NCBI GenBank assembly: GCA_043771635.1
Contig: JAYVHA010000006.1
Span: 1,668-65,667, forward strand
Length of the DNA stretch: 64,000 nt
Direction of reading: 5' to 3'
From: Candidatus Woesearchaeota archaeon
GTDB taxonomy: Archaea; Nanobdellota; Nanobdellia; Woesearchaeales; SKIA01
Under the pieces are notes generated by a model. It had not been told where the DNA came from. It ran no database searches and saw only the letters and a program-made list of their open reading frames with translations. Shown one piece after another: positions 47,801 to 59,800 of this stretch (its first letter is position 1; every line of letters starts with the position of its first letter). A program made the position numbers and the translations under genes.

Positions 47801-50800
47801 GCGTCGGAGGTACGTTTTGCACTTCAAATGTTCTGTTTGAAGCATTTACCAATAATAGCCATGAAACACTTCCGTTGAGCCGCGCATCGTAAGTACCGCG
47901 GTTATCAGTTGTTATTAGCGCAAGCGAACCATTCCAGTCACCCCCATCATACTGCAGAGGGGTTGCGATTTGCGTTAGATTATCTCGAATAATTGTCGCA
48001 TTAAACGACGCATTATAGCTGCTGTTCAGGAGCGCTGCTGTTTCAGGTCCGTACATAACAGGTGTGGCGTTTACCAACACAACGCCTGGCTTTTCATAGC
48101 TGGCATTTGGATCGACAGTTGCACTTGTGAAAGTTAAGTTGTACGAACCGTAGACGAACGCAGTCCGAGTTGCATTAGGCACACCACCCGACAAATTAGC
48201 ATACCAACTCCAGTTACCAGCGTATATGCTTCCATTCGGGTTCCAGTACAGTATAGCCCAGTTTCCAGCTGTAGTATTATTCGAACCAAATAGCACATCA
48301 GTTTGCGAGAGGCCATTTGGCGACGTAAGGTTTCCTCTAAACTCAACCAACACTCCTGCCGGAACCACAGAAGATACTGTTACGTTAAGTGCAATAACAT
48401 CAGCCAAAGTGCTATTTGTAGCGTCTCTGTCGACTGATGTACCGTTTACCGGAGAGACAGGCTGCAATATAACAGGAGTGACAGTAATTGTAGTATTTCT
48501 TTCAGGACCATTTCCACGGTAGTAGAATAGAGGCGACAAATCAGTTACATTGCAAGTAACCGTGTAAACTCCTGTTTGGTTTATGCTGTGTGAAATACTT
48601 GTGTTGCCAACAGAATTTGTACCATTGGTTCCTATGAAAGTTCCATTCACGTAGAATGATACCGATGCATAGGGTACACTGTAGTTGCTGTACTGATCAG
48701 ACACGCTGCATGCTGAAATTATGGTTTGATAAGTAGTAACGCTTGTTGCGGACGAATAGTTCGCCGTTACATTCATGTAACCATAAACTAGCATTGTGCG
48801 GTTCGTACCATTGCTATAGAACCAGTTCGCAGTTGCGTTAATGCTACTGTTTGATCGGTTTACTCCAGGTAAGACAGTAAGAAGATGGCTGCCATTCCAG
48901 TATGGCCCGACATACGACATGACCATGGCGCTTATTGTCCCGCTACTGTTCATGTAACGGCTTGACAAAACGGCCGAATAATTACTGGCTAATTCAGCGT
49001 CTACTTCAGGACCATTGCTTGTAACATTTACCTGTACGGTCGCAGTATCTGTTTGGTTGTAAGTTGCGTTTGGATGGTAAGTATTATTCCTGTATACAAC
49101 CGCAAAGCTACCATACACAAGTATATTCTTTACTTGGCCTGATACGCCGGCGCTCGAATTACCCCACCAAGTGTAGTTACCGGCGTACATTGTTAAATTT
49201 GGATTGAAGTAAATATTCGCCCAGTTTCCAGCTGTAGTATTGTTGCCTCCTAAGGATATATTCTGCTGACTTGGAACTATGCCATTTGGATTCGTTAAGT
49301 TCGCCCGGAATTCGATATATGTGCCACTAGGAACGTAATTAGGCACGGATACGTTGAGCATTACATTGTCAGGATCAAGACTGTAGGCGCCATCGCGATC
49401 CACTGCAGTTCCATTCGCCGCCGTGGTTGCGTTAATTACGTATGGTATAACTGTAAGTGAAGAGTTGCGCTCGAATTCATTGCCGCGCAAGTAGAAAATT
49501 GCGGTTTGATTGGTAATGTTGCACTGGACGCCGTAGGTGCCCGAAGTATTTACTGCGTGAGTGATGGTAGTTATGCCAGTCGCATTAGTATTATTTGCAC
49601 CAAGATATGTGCCATTCAAGTAGAATGTAACCGTGGCTCCTGCTACAGCAGCATTCGATTGCCGATCTAGAACAGTACACGAACTTATGGTAGTTTGGAA
49701 CGCTGAAATTGACGCGGGAGTCGAAGTGTTTACAGTTATATTCATGAAACCAAATACGACAAAGCTACGGTTAGTCCAGTTTCGGTAGAACCAAATGCTG
49801 TCCGCCGCCGTAGTAGTGTTCCAAGTACCAACACCATTAAGCGCTGAGAGCGTGTGCGTTCCATTCCAGAAAGTACTGCCATTGGTTAGATTAACTATAT
49901 TCGTGGAACCACTTGTATTGTATATTGTGTTGTTGACATTAATTCCATAAGTAAGATTTAGCGCACTGGCGTTTTCAGGACCGAACGATGTAACGTTAGT
50001 TTCAATTCTTGCGATGTCCGTTTGGTTATAAGTGCCGTTTGGATGGTATAGACCACTAGTGTAAGTGGCATTAAGTCCACCATACACTAAGAAGTTTCTC
50101 ACCTGGCCAGATACGCCAGCGCTCGAATTACCCCACCAAGTATAGTTACCTGCGTACATTGTCGCGTTAGGATTAAAGTAAATATTCGCCCAATTGCCCG
50201 CCGTAGTATTATTGCTGCCTAATGTAATAGTAGTTTGCGCCGGAAGGATACCGGCAGGACTAGTGATATTAACATTGAAGTACACAAGGACACCACTAGG
50301 AACTGAACTCGGCACACTGACGTTTAGCATTATACTGTCAGGATCGGTTGCATCTACGCTGTCACGATCAACTGCAGTGCCGTTTACAGGACTTGAAACG
50401 TTAATTGCATATGGCGTCACGGTGAGCGATGTGTTTCGTGCAAACTCATCACCGCGGAAGTAGAAAATACCAGTTTGATTTGTAACGTTACACTGCACTC
50501 CGTACGTGCCAGTTGCATTAACTGAGTGCGTGAGTGTCGTAATGCCCGAAGCGTTTGTTGAATTGCTACCTAGGAATGTGCCATTTAGGAAGAAGGTTAC
50601 TGTCGCGCCTGACACACCGTAGTTAGTGTGTTGATCGATGACACTACAGGAGCTTAACGTAGTGCCGTATGCAACAATAGACGCCGGAGTGGTGCTGTTG
50701 CTTGTAATATTCATAAAGCCGTATACTGCAATTGTTCTATTAGTCCAATTCGAATACCAGTAAGTGCCGGTCGAGTTTGAGGTTGTATTCCAGATACCCA

Positions 50801-53800
50801 CGCCCTTTAAGGTTAGTAGATTAAAAGTAGTGTTGCGCCACTGCGTTCCATTAAAGGACAGGTTTACGCCGCTGCGGCTTCCCGTGGTATTCTGGAACGT
50901 GTTGTTTAGTGCGATGCCATAGTTGGCGCTTAGTTCTGAGCGGGATTCAGGTCCTAAACTTGTGACATTAACTGCGACCACAGCAGTGTCATTTTGGTTA
51001 TAGGCGCTGTTAGGACTGAGCGTATCGTTTTCATAGCTCGCGTTTAATCCACCCTTCATAATAAACGAGCGAGTATTATTTGAAGTGCCGCCTGTTGAGT
51101 TGCCAAATACAGTCCAGTTTCCTGCGTACGTACTGCTGTTCGGGTTGAGGTGGAAGTTTACCCATGCGCCAGCAGTAGTCAAGTTACTTCCGAAAATAAT
51201 GTTAGTTTGTCCAAGACCGCTTGGGTTTGATAAGTTACCAAGGAAGTCAATGGATGCGCCTGCTGGTACATAGTTAGGTACTGTCGCATTTAGCATGATT
51301 ACGTCAGGATCTGTGCTGTCAACACCGTCACGGTCGACTACGGTGGCGTTTGTTGGCGCGACCATGGTGATTGGAACAGGCGTTACGGTTACTGCCATAG
51401 TCCCATTCGGCGCATTACCAACAAAGTAGAACAGCGAAGTCTGATTTGTGATGTTACACCACACATGATAGTTGCCCGAGGCGTTTATTGTGTGCGTAAG
51501 TGTGGATTCGCCAGTGCTGTTTGTAGTGTTTGTACCGATAAACGTGCCGTTTCGGTAGAAGTCAACAGTAATGCCAGGTATGCGATAATTACTAAGTCTG
51601 TCGCTAATGTTACACCAAGTAATCATTGATTGGTAAGCGGTTGGTGACGCAGGCGAAGTATAGTTCGCGGATACATTCATGAAACCAAAGACGTCCGTTG
51701 TGCGGTTCGTGAAATTCAGGTAAAAGAATTTTCCTCCTGTACTTGCAGTGATGTTCCAGCGACCAACACCAAGAAGCGCCGAGAAATTTATAGTGCGGTT
51801 CCAGAATACTGAGCCGTTGAACACTAAGTTAGTTGTAATTAATGAACCGCTTGTATTGTATAACGTGTTGTTTACGCTTATGTTGTACGTCGCATTCAGC
51901 GCGGACAAGTTTTCAGGACCGTAAGTACTAATATTAACTTGAATTAGCATAAGGCTTGTTTGGTTGTAGCTCGCGTTTGGATCGAAAGTTGTATTGCGGT
52001 ACGTAGCATTTAATCCACCCATAATAATAATTGTGTTCGAGCCGTTTCCGTACCCGCTCGACGAGTTACCGTACCAGCTCCAGTTGCCAGCGTAAGATGT
52101 GCTATTAGGATTGAAAATAAATGACGTTCCACCTGTGGCGTTCGTGATGTTTGAACCTATAAGTACGTTTGATGAATTCGCAGAAGGTATTACTCCTGTT
52201 GGATCAGTTAAGTTCATGCGGAAGTCAATGACAGTTCCTGCTGGAACGGCTGCAGTACTCGTGTTTAGACGTAGCACAACCGAGTCAGCGTCTGTCGCGT
52301 CGACACTGTCGCGGTCGACTCGGGAGTTGTTAGTGGGAAGCCAAGGAGTGATTGCATACGGAAGTACAGTTAGAGAAGCGTTTCTCTCCCATTCTATTCC
52401 GCGATAATAGAATATCTCTGTCTGATTGCTAATATTACATGTTATGATGTAGCTGCCAGACTGGTTTATTTGGTGAATAAGTGTTACGTTACCTGTAGCG
52501 TTGGTAAGATTTGTTCCAATGAGAGTGCCGTTGCGGTAGAATGATACATTCACATTGGCTACGGCATAGTTCGTAATTGAGTCAAGAACGCTACAGCGCG
52601 AAATGGACTGCGTGAACGCGTCAATTGAAGACGCATTAAGCACGTGACCCGTAACATTCATGTTACTGAGTATTGTTACGTTTTTACTAGTCGTATTTGT
52701 ATAGAAGTAAGTTGCAGTTCCGTTAATGGTGCTGTTCCACACACCGACTCCCTTTAGGTTTGTTAGATTGTGCGTTGCGTTCCAGTATGGGTTCGCGTAT
52801 GAGGCTGAGATGTTGTTAGTTCCACCTGACGTATTGCGCAAGAGACTCACTGCGAGAGTCAAGTAATTGGTGCTCAGCACTGTTGCACTTTCAGGACCTT
52901 TACTTGTTAAGTTCCAACGCACTTCAAGCGTCTCATTCATTGTGTGGTTCAGACTTGGGAACGTGCTACCGTTGAAATAGGAGATATTGTAGCTACCCAT
53001 AACTACAAAAGACCCTAGTACGTTTGGAACGTAATTAGTTCCTTCTCCCCACCAAGTATAGTTACCTGCGTACATGCTGCTGTTCGGGTTGAAAACTAAA
53101 GTAGATTGACCGTTCACGTCCGAACTATTTTGACCAAGTACGAGGTTTGTCTGCGCAAGTCCTGACGGGTCGGTTAAGTTTGCCCTGAATGTAATAGTTA
53201 CGAACGGATCGTATGTTGTTAAATTTAGAACAACACTATCGTTGTGCGTTGCGTTTTGACTGTCACGGTCAAGAATAGTGTGGTTTCCAGGAAGCAGTAC
53301 ATCAACACCGCCAACCACTGTCAAATTGTTCGAACAAAGCGTGGTGCCGTCGCTCGCATTATCGTTCGGCGTGACACAAGCATAGTAGGTTTGCCCGCCA
53401 CGCGTGTCGCCAGCTACAATTGTGCTCGTGTTAATGGAATTATTTCCTTCAAGCCATATCCGATACACTTGACTTGCAGGCAAACTCCTGTTATAGATGC
53501 GAACTTCATCCATGTAGCCTGCAAAGGAAACGCCGGTACCATCGGGCGTTTGACCGAGAGTTAAGTTCAGGTTATTGTAAGACGTTGCACCTGCAGTTCC
53601 CGTACCCCAAGCAGTACCATTTACGTAGAACGTAAACGTGGTTACGTTGTTGGTTACTGCGAAGTGCTGCCACTGGTTTGAACCCCACGCACCAACAATG
53701 GATGTGTCCGACGGACCGTTGTCAAAACGTAGCGTGCGAGTTGCACCGCCGACACTTGAGCGCATAATAAACTCCCAACCTCCAGCGCCTCCATTCTGTC

Positions 53801-56800
53801 GGCTAACTAGGCGATAGTTGTTTGTACCTGCTGGAGTTACCGTAGGATATGCCCAAAGCATTATTGTATAATTTTCACCTAGGACAAAATCCGAGCTATT
53901 CCCAACGTCAATCGCTTCACCGCCACCACCGAAGCGTACCGATGCGCCGACCTTACCGAAGCCGCTAGAGTTCGGACAATTGCCTGATACGGGTCGACAA
54001 GTTGCGTTGTTACCGCGCGCATAGTCCCGGATAGCGCCGTAGGTGGAAGGTGCCGCTAATATTGTGTTAAACGGAAGATTAAGTAGTGAGATAGGATTAC
54101 CACTCTCATACCAGTTATAGGTGTTCGTTACACTCGGCGAGTCAACATCAGCTGTCGATTGATTATAGACAGTTATATTTTCGCTACTAAGATTGCGGAT
54201 AGTACTCGAGTTTAGTATTGGCGTTGTGTGCGTTGGCGGACTGTTTGTTATGTTGATTAACGCATTCAAGTTCTGAACAGAGAAATCGAAGTTAGCGGAG
54301 TCGGTCGCGTTACAAAGAACTACTGCGTTTGTTGCAGTATTAGTGAAGTTATAGCTAAAAACAGCAGTACCATTGCTATTAGTGATGTTTCTGCCAATTA
54401 GAACTCCATCTAAGAAGAAGCCAATAGTATAATTGTACCACTCAAACTTATTTTGATCGCTAGTGCTGTCGATTGCGTGACAAGTAATGTTCACTATTGA
54501 ATTGTAGGCAGCACTTGTCGATGACAATACTATTGAATCGATTTTTGTGTACTTTGCTTTGTTTACAGTCCAGTTCCAGCGTACTTGAATTGGGATGCGC
54601 GCAGCACCGGCAAGTAATTCTGTGGTGCGCGACCAAGCGCTGCTGCTTTCATTTCCAGCACGGAACGTAAACGTGCTTGTTGAGTTTTCCGCGAAGTCAT
54701 AGTCTGGGTTCGCGATAAAGTAGAAGCTGTAGTTTGTTGCCGCAGCCAAGTTATTCCAGCCCGTCATTTCGGCGCTCGCGTTCTCAGCGTTCTCTCCTGC
54801 GGATGAAAAGAAGTCAATCACGTTTGAACTGTCGTCGTTGTCTAAGTCTCCTGCATAAATGGCGGCAGCTACGTTTCCTGCTGCAATATCAATGTCGACA
54901 GCAGTCCAAGCTCCATTTGCAGGCGTTCCATCATTGTGGAATGCCATAACGTCTTGGTCGTTGATACTTGCAAACACGTCAAGCCAACCGTCACCATCAA
55001 TGTCTGCTACGGAAACTCCCCATGGAGTATCAGTTGTGTCGGCGCTAATGGTTCGTTGCGTCCATGCCGCTCCAGTACACGGGCTTCCGTCGTTTTCTAG
55101 GTACACTACGTCATTTGCCGTCTCTACTCCTATGATAATATCAACGTCACCATCATTATCTACGTCGCCGACAGCCATTGCGTTTGCGTCGCCGCCAACG
55201 TTTGCGGATGCTGCAAACTCAGTCCATGCGCCAGCTACGCCTCCTGTACAATATACATCTACGTCTTCGTCGTCGTCTCCTTGCGCAACGTCAAGGAAGC
55301 CGTCATTGTCGAAGTCGGCAACTACCACTACGTTCGATTCTAGTCCTGTTGCTGCGTCTATGTCAGCAATAGTCCATGCGCCGTTGTATGGTGAACCGTC
55401 GTTTGACCACCAGGAAATGTCGAAAACGCCAGCAACCGCTCCGACGAGGTCTGTGTCTCCATCGTTATCCATGTCGCCGCTAGCAAGACTGTTTACGTCG
55501 CCGCCAGCTGCTAGTTCTACAGTGCTTCGTGTCCAGGCGCCGACAAACGGCGTGCGGTCGCTGTTGTTGAAGCAATACACGTCTTGACCAACCGTACCAC
55601 CACAGATGTCCGGGTAGCCGTCACGATCGATATCAGCAACAACAACCGAGTACGTGTCCGCTAGAACGTTTGCGTCTGCGATGAGTTCAGTCCAGGCGCC
55701 GGCGAACGGAGTGCCGTCGTTCTCAAATATGCGCAAGTCTTCCAAATTATTTCCAATTAGTAAGTCTAAGTCGCCGTCGAGATCAAAGTCACCACCTTGA
55801 ATGATGTTTTCCGTTGTAGTTGTTCCTATGTCAGCGTCAGCTTGGAATTCAGTCCAAGCAGCACCAAACTTATTCGACGAAGGGTTAGTATAAACAAAAA
55901 TATCATCAGCACCTGAAACTAGAACTGTTGCATCCGGGTCTCCTATAATGCGACCAATCTCTCCTGTATTAGCATCAACAGTATAGTCGACGTTGGTACT
56001 CGTACTCACGAAAACGTCAGCGGTTTCTGTTGCGTCGTTAGTTACCCACGCAGTTGGAACAATATACTCTGCTGACGCAGAGTTATTTAACAATCCAAAC
56101 GAGTTATTTGCTATAATTACAGTCTCGCCGTGGTAGTCTGAGTCGAATGCGTACAGCTGCTCAGACTCAATTTGTACTTCAACCAAATAATTACTGTAAC
56201 TGTACAAAGATTCAGCAAAGGCGCCGACATCACGTACGGTTCCGTTTGGCGCGACTTGCAGTATTGATTCTGTACCAATTAATACGTCGTCTGCTCGACT
56301 AGTTGTGTTTCTCGTATCCCACACATAGACGCGCGCGTTATACTGCGCAACGCTGGTGTTTACACCTATTGACCTACTTATGCAAGTTACTAGCGAAGCG
56401 TTAGCGGCGCAACCTTGGATGTCGTACTGCGCTTCACCAAGTCCTGTTTGGTTTGCAACGAACATCCACTGGGTCACGCCAATCTTGTTTAACGATGATA
56501 AATATGATTGATATGCTTCGCTTGCGTTCAGCGTTCGGTTCCATACACGGATTTCATCCATGTCACCTGCAAAGTAGTCATCCGAAGCTGGACCAGCAGT
56601 GTCCGTAATTACTCCAAAGCCCGAGAACTGCAATGTCTTTCGGCCTGCTTCGGACGCGGCAGTGGCATTCAGGATGCCGTCGATGTATATGTTGACGGTT
56701 CCTGTTGTTTCGTCGCGCGTAAACGTGTAGTGCCTCCACGCACCATCATTGATGGCAATAGTGCTGGCTGCGTTCGCGCCGTTACCTGCTTGCATATTGA

Positions 56801-59800
56801 TGTTTCCTGCCACGTTAATCCAGCCCCAGAAAATATCGTCGCCGCCGGCACCTTGCTCTATTCCAGTAATTCCAGGCGCCGTCCAGGGGTTTGCAGAACC
56901 TGTCTGCGTGGTGCGCATCCACAATGAAAGTGTTGCCGTGCGTCCAAGCCAGGTTGTCAAGTTAACACTTGTATTGACAATGCCAGTAGTACCGTAAAAG
57001 CTCATTCCCTGACGTACTACACCGGTAGTGTTTGGAGTTGCACTACCCACTATGTTTGCGGAAATGGCATTGCGACTCACATCGATAGCTTGAGTCGCAC
57101 TCTCACCAAGTGCAGTTAAGTTGTCAAAGTTAAACATAACCTGCAAAGCAGTATCATTGTAGATAGTATAGTTAGTACCGTTCCACAAATATGAGAAGCC
57201 AAGCAAGTTGGTATTATTTATCGATATGTTTACTGTAAAGTTGTTTGCGTTAACTACTGCGCCGTCTTGAGGAGTAGGATTTGTAAACCCAATTTCAATC
57301 GGCAACGGGTCCACTGCGAGCTGTGATTGCGTGATCGTGCCATCAGTAAACGTAAAATTAAGTACAGCATAACCCGCGACAGTCATTACGTTTTTGAGTT
57401 CGCCTGTTTGATCGTCGCAATTATAGTTTTCGATAAAGAGCTGCGCGATGTCAATGCTGTCTTCGGAATTAATTGCATTGTAAGCGTACTGACTTCCGTT
57501 TGTTGCAATAATTGTAAGACTGTTTGACAAATCAGTATTGCCACAAGCCATGCTTAGCAGCACCATTTCTTCCGTGCGACCATTTGTATCAGTGAAGAGC
57601 TCGCTCCAATTCGCGTTTGGACTGAAGACAGTTAAGTTACCAGTGCCTGTTGTATTGAAGAACACTGTCCAGGTTTCCCCGTCCCGCAAGTATTCTAAAG
57701 GATTGAGAATTGAGAGGGACAACTCGTAGGTCTGGTTTGACAAGTGCGGCACAATCCACACGAGGCGATCAAACTTTCCGTCTGCGTTCATGTCCTGCGT
57801 TGTGAATACTACCGGCTCACGCACACCGGCAGTTGTTCTGAATAGTTCGTACTTACTCTGTTGCGCTGCCGTAAACGGCGTCACATCTAAGAAACTCGTG
57901 ATAGCAGTGTAGTGCGTCTCGGCGGATACGACAAGCGCAATGCGATCTGCGGTTTGCTCGGTAATAGTGAGCTGCGGCGCTTCTGTTTCGTAGGTAATAA
58001 CAAGGCTCTCAGCGTCGTTCGTAACAGGTACACTAAGCTCCAAGTCTCCAATCGGCAAGTCAGGAATAATACTAAGCACTTGGTCTTCTACAATTAGTTG
58101 CGAGCTACTTACTACTGGCAGAATAATCGGCTGTGAAGCTCCTGGCGTGCCCGTGCTCGTATCAATAGGAGCAGCAGATGGTACAATTATTTCTAGCGCG
58201 CCGAGCGTAACCGCTTGCTCTGGCTGTGACGCATCAGGCTGCTCTGAGAGTGTTTGCGCTGCTTCGATAATATCCACGCGCGCACTCTTTGCATCCTCGC
58301 CTGTGAGTTCTCCTTGCGCTTCAAGGCTACGCTTAACGTCACTCACAGTGTTCTCTGCAAGTAGTCCGTCAAGCGTCGGCGCAGCATTTGCAGCTGCCGT
58401 AGCAGGCAGTTCATTTTCTCGCAGCGCGCGGCGTAGTTCACCAAGTTCAACGGTTTGCGTAATGTCTTTGCGCACGCCAGTTTGAGCGTCACGAGTTTCA
58501 ACAATAACATCTAGCACAGTCGATGGCAGCGTAATGTTGGTTTCGTTCGAGTTATCAGTAATCTCAATAATTCGCGTCCACTGTACTCGCTCGCCAATTA
58601 TTGCTCTTGACTGCGTATCATTTACAGTTGCATTGCGTAGCGCGTTTATTGCCTCAGTAGCAGAGATAATTATCTCAGTAGCGTTTGTTTCGCTCGAAAC
58701 GTTTGTATTGTTAGTAATAATTGGAAGTGTTAAGTTAGTAGCATTAGTTGCGTTCACTATTACAACTGGTTGTATTGGTACTACTGGGCGCAATAATTTT
58801 ACTTCGCCGATTTGTGTGATAGGAATAAACGTTAGTGCGTCAACTACCACAAGTTCGCTCGTGCCTGCGTTTGACACGCTTACAGTACTTGCAGGATTAA
58901 GCTCATACAAACCTAAGTACTGCTCGCCACCTTGTCGCTGGTTTACTGTTACTGTGGCGCGGCGCGCACCCGTAATTATTACTTGCGCGTTCGAGGCAAG
59001 CGAAGGATCTGCTGGCGTGTTAATACTTACTGAATACTGACCGCGCGCAAGGCCTGGGGAATACTCGACTGCGCTTCCTTTGTTAAGATTTAGGTCGATT
59101 AAATAGTCGAAGCCGACATAACCAGGGATTGTCGTTCCTGACGCCCACACACCATTGCTACGAACGCGCGCGTCGCCGTTGTCAAGCACTACACGCAAGT
59201 CAACCGGAACAAGAGAGCCTAAAATTAAAGTAGCAAAGAACTCTGTGTTTGCTGGCACTGCGCCAAGGTCCCAAATAATAGTGTCGGAAGTAGCAACAAG
59301 CATTCCACTCGCCCGTTGCTGCTGACCTGCAGCGTCAAGCCAAGAAATTACTTTACCTGCGGCAGCAGGTAGTTCAATTGTGTAGTGCTCATGCGAGACG
59401 CCAAAGCGCTCAGTAATTAGAACTACTTCGTCTCCGGACAAGCGGTTGTACCAACGAGTTCGGAAATTGTTACTGGTGTCAAGGTCGCCTGCAACACTGA
59501 CTTGCACTGTGGCAATATTGCGTCCGCCTAAACTGCCGATTGAAACATTGTTCATTCCTGGTGCAAGCGTAATTTCGCGCGTGTTTGTCGCACCAGTTTG
59601 GTTACCTACTTGCGCTCCGGCAATAATTGTGAGTGTTGCAGTAAGCGGCGCGTTAAAACTATTGTACAGCACCGCGTTCGCATTCTCTGCGGTTCCACCG
59701 AGCGTAATTACGCGCACGTCCAAACTCACTGGTAGACCGGCAGCTTTCACAACAATACTGTCAGTTACACTTGCGGTTGACGAAGTAGCGGAGTCGCCAC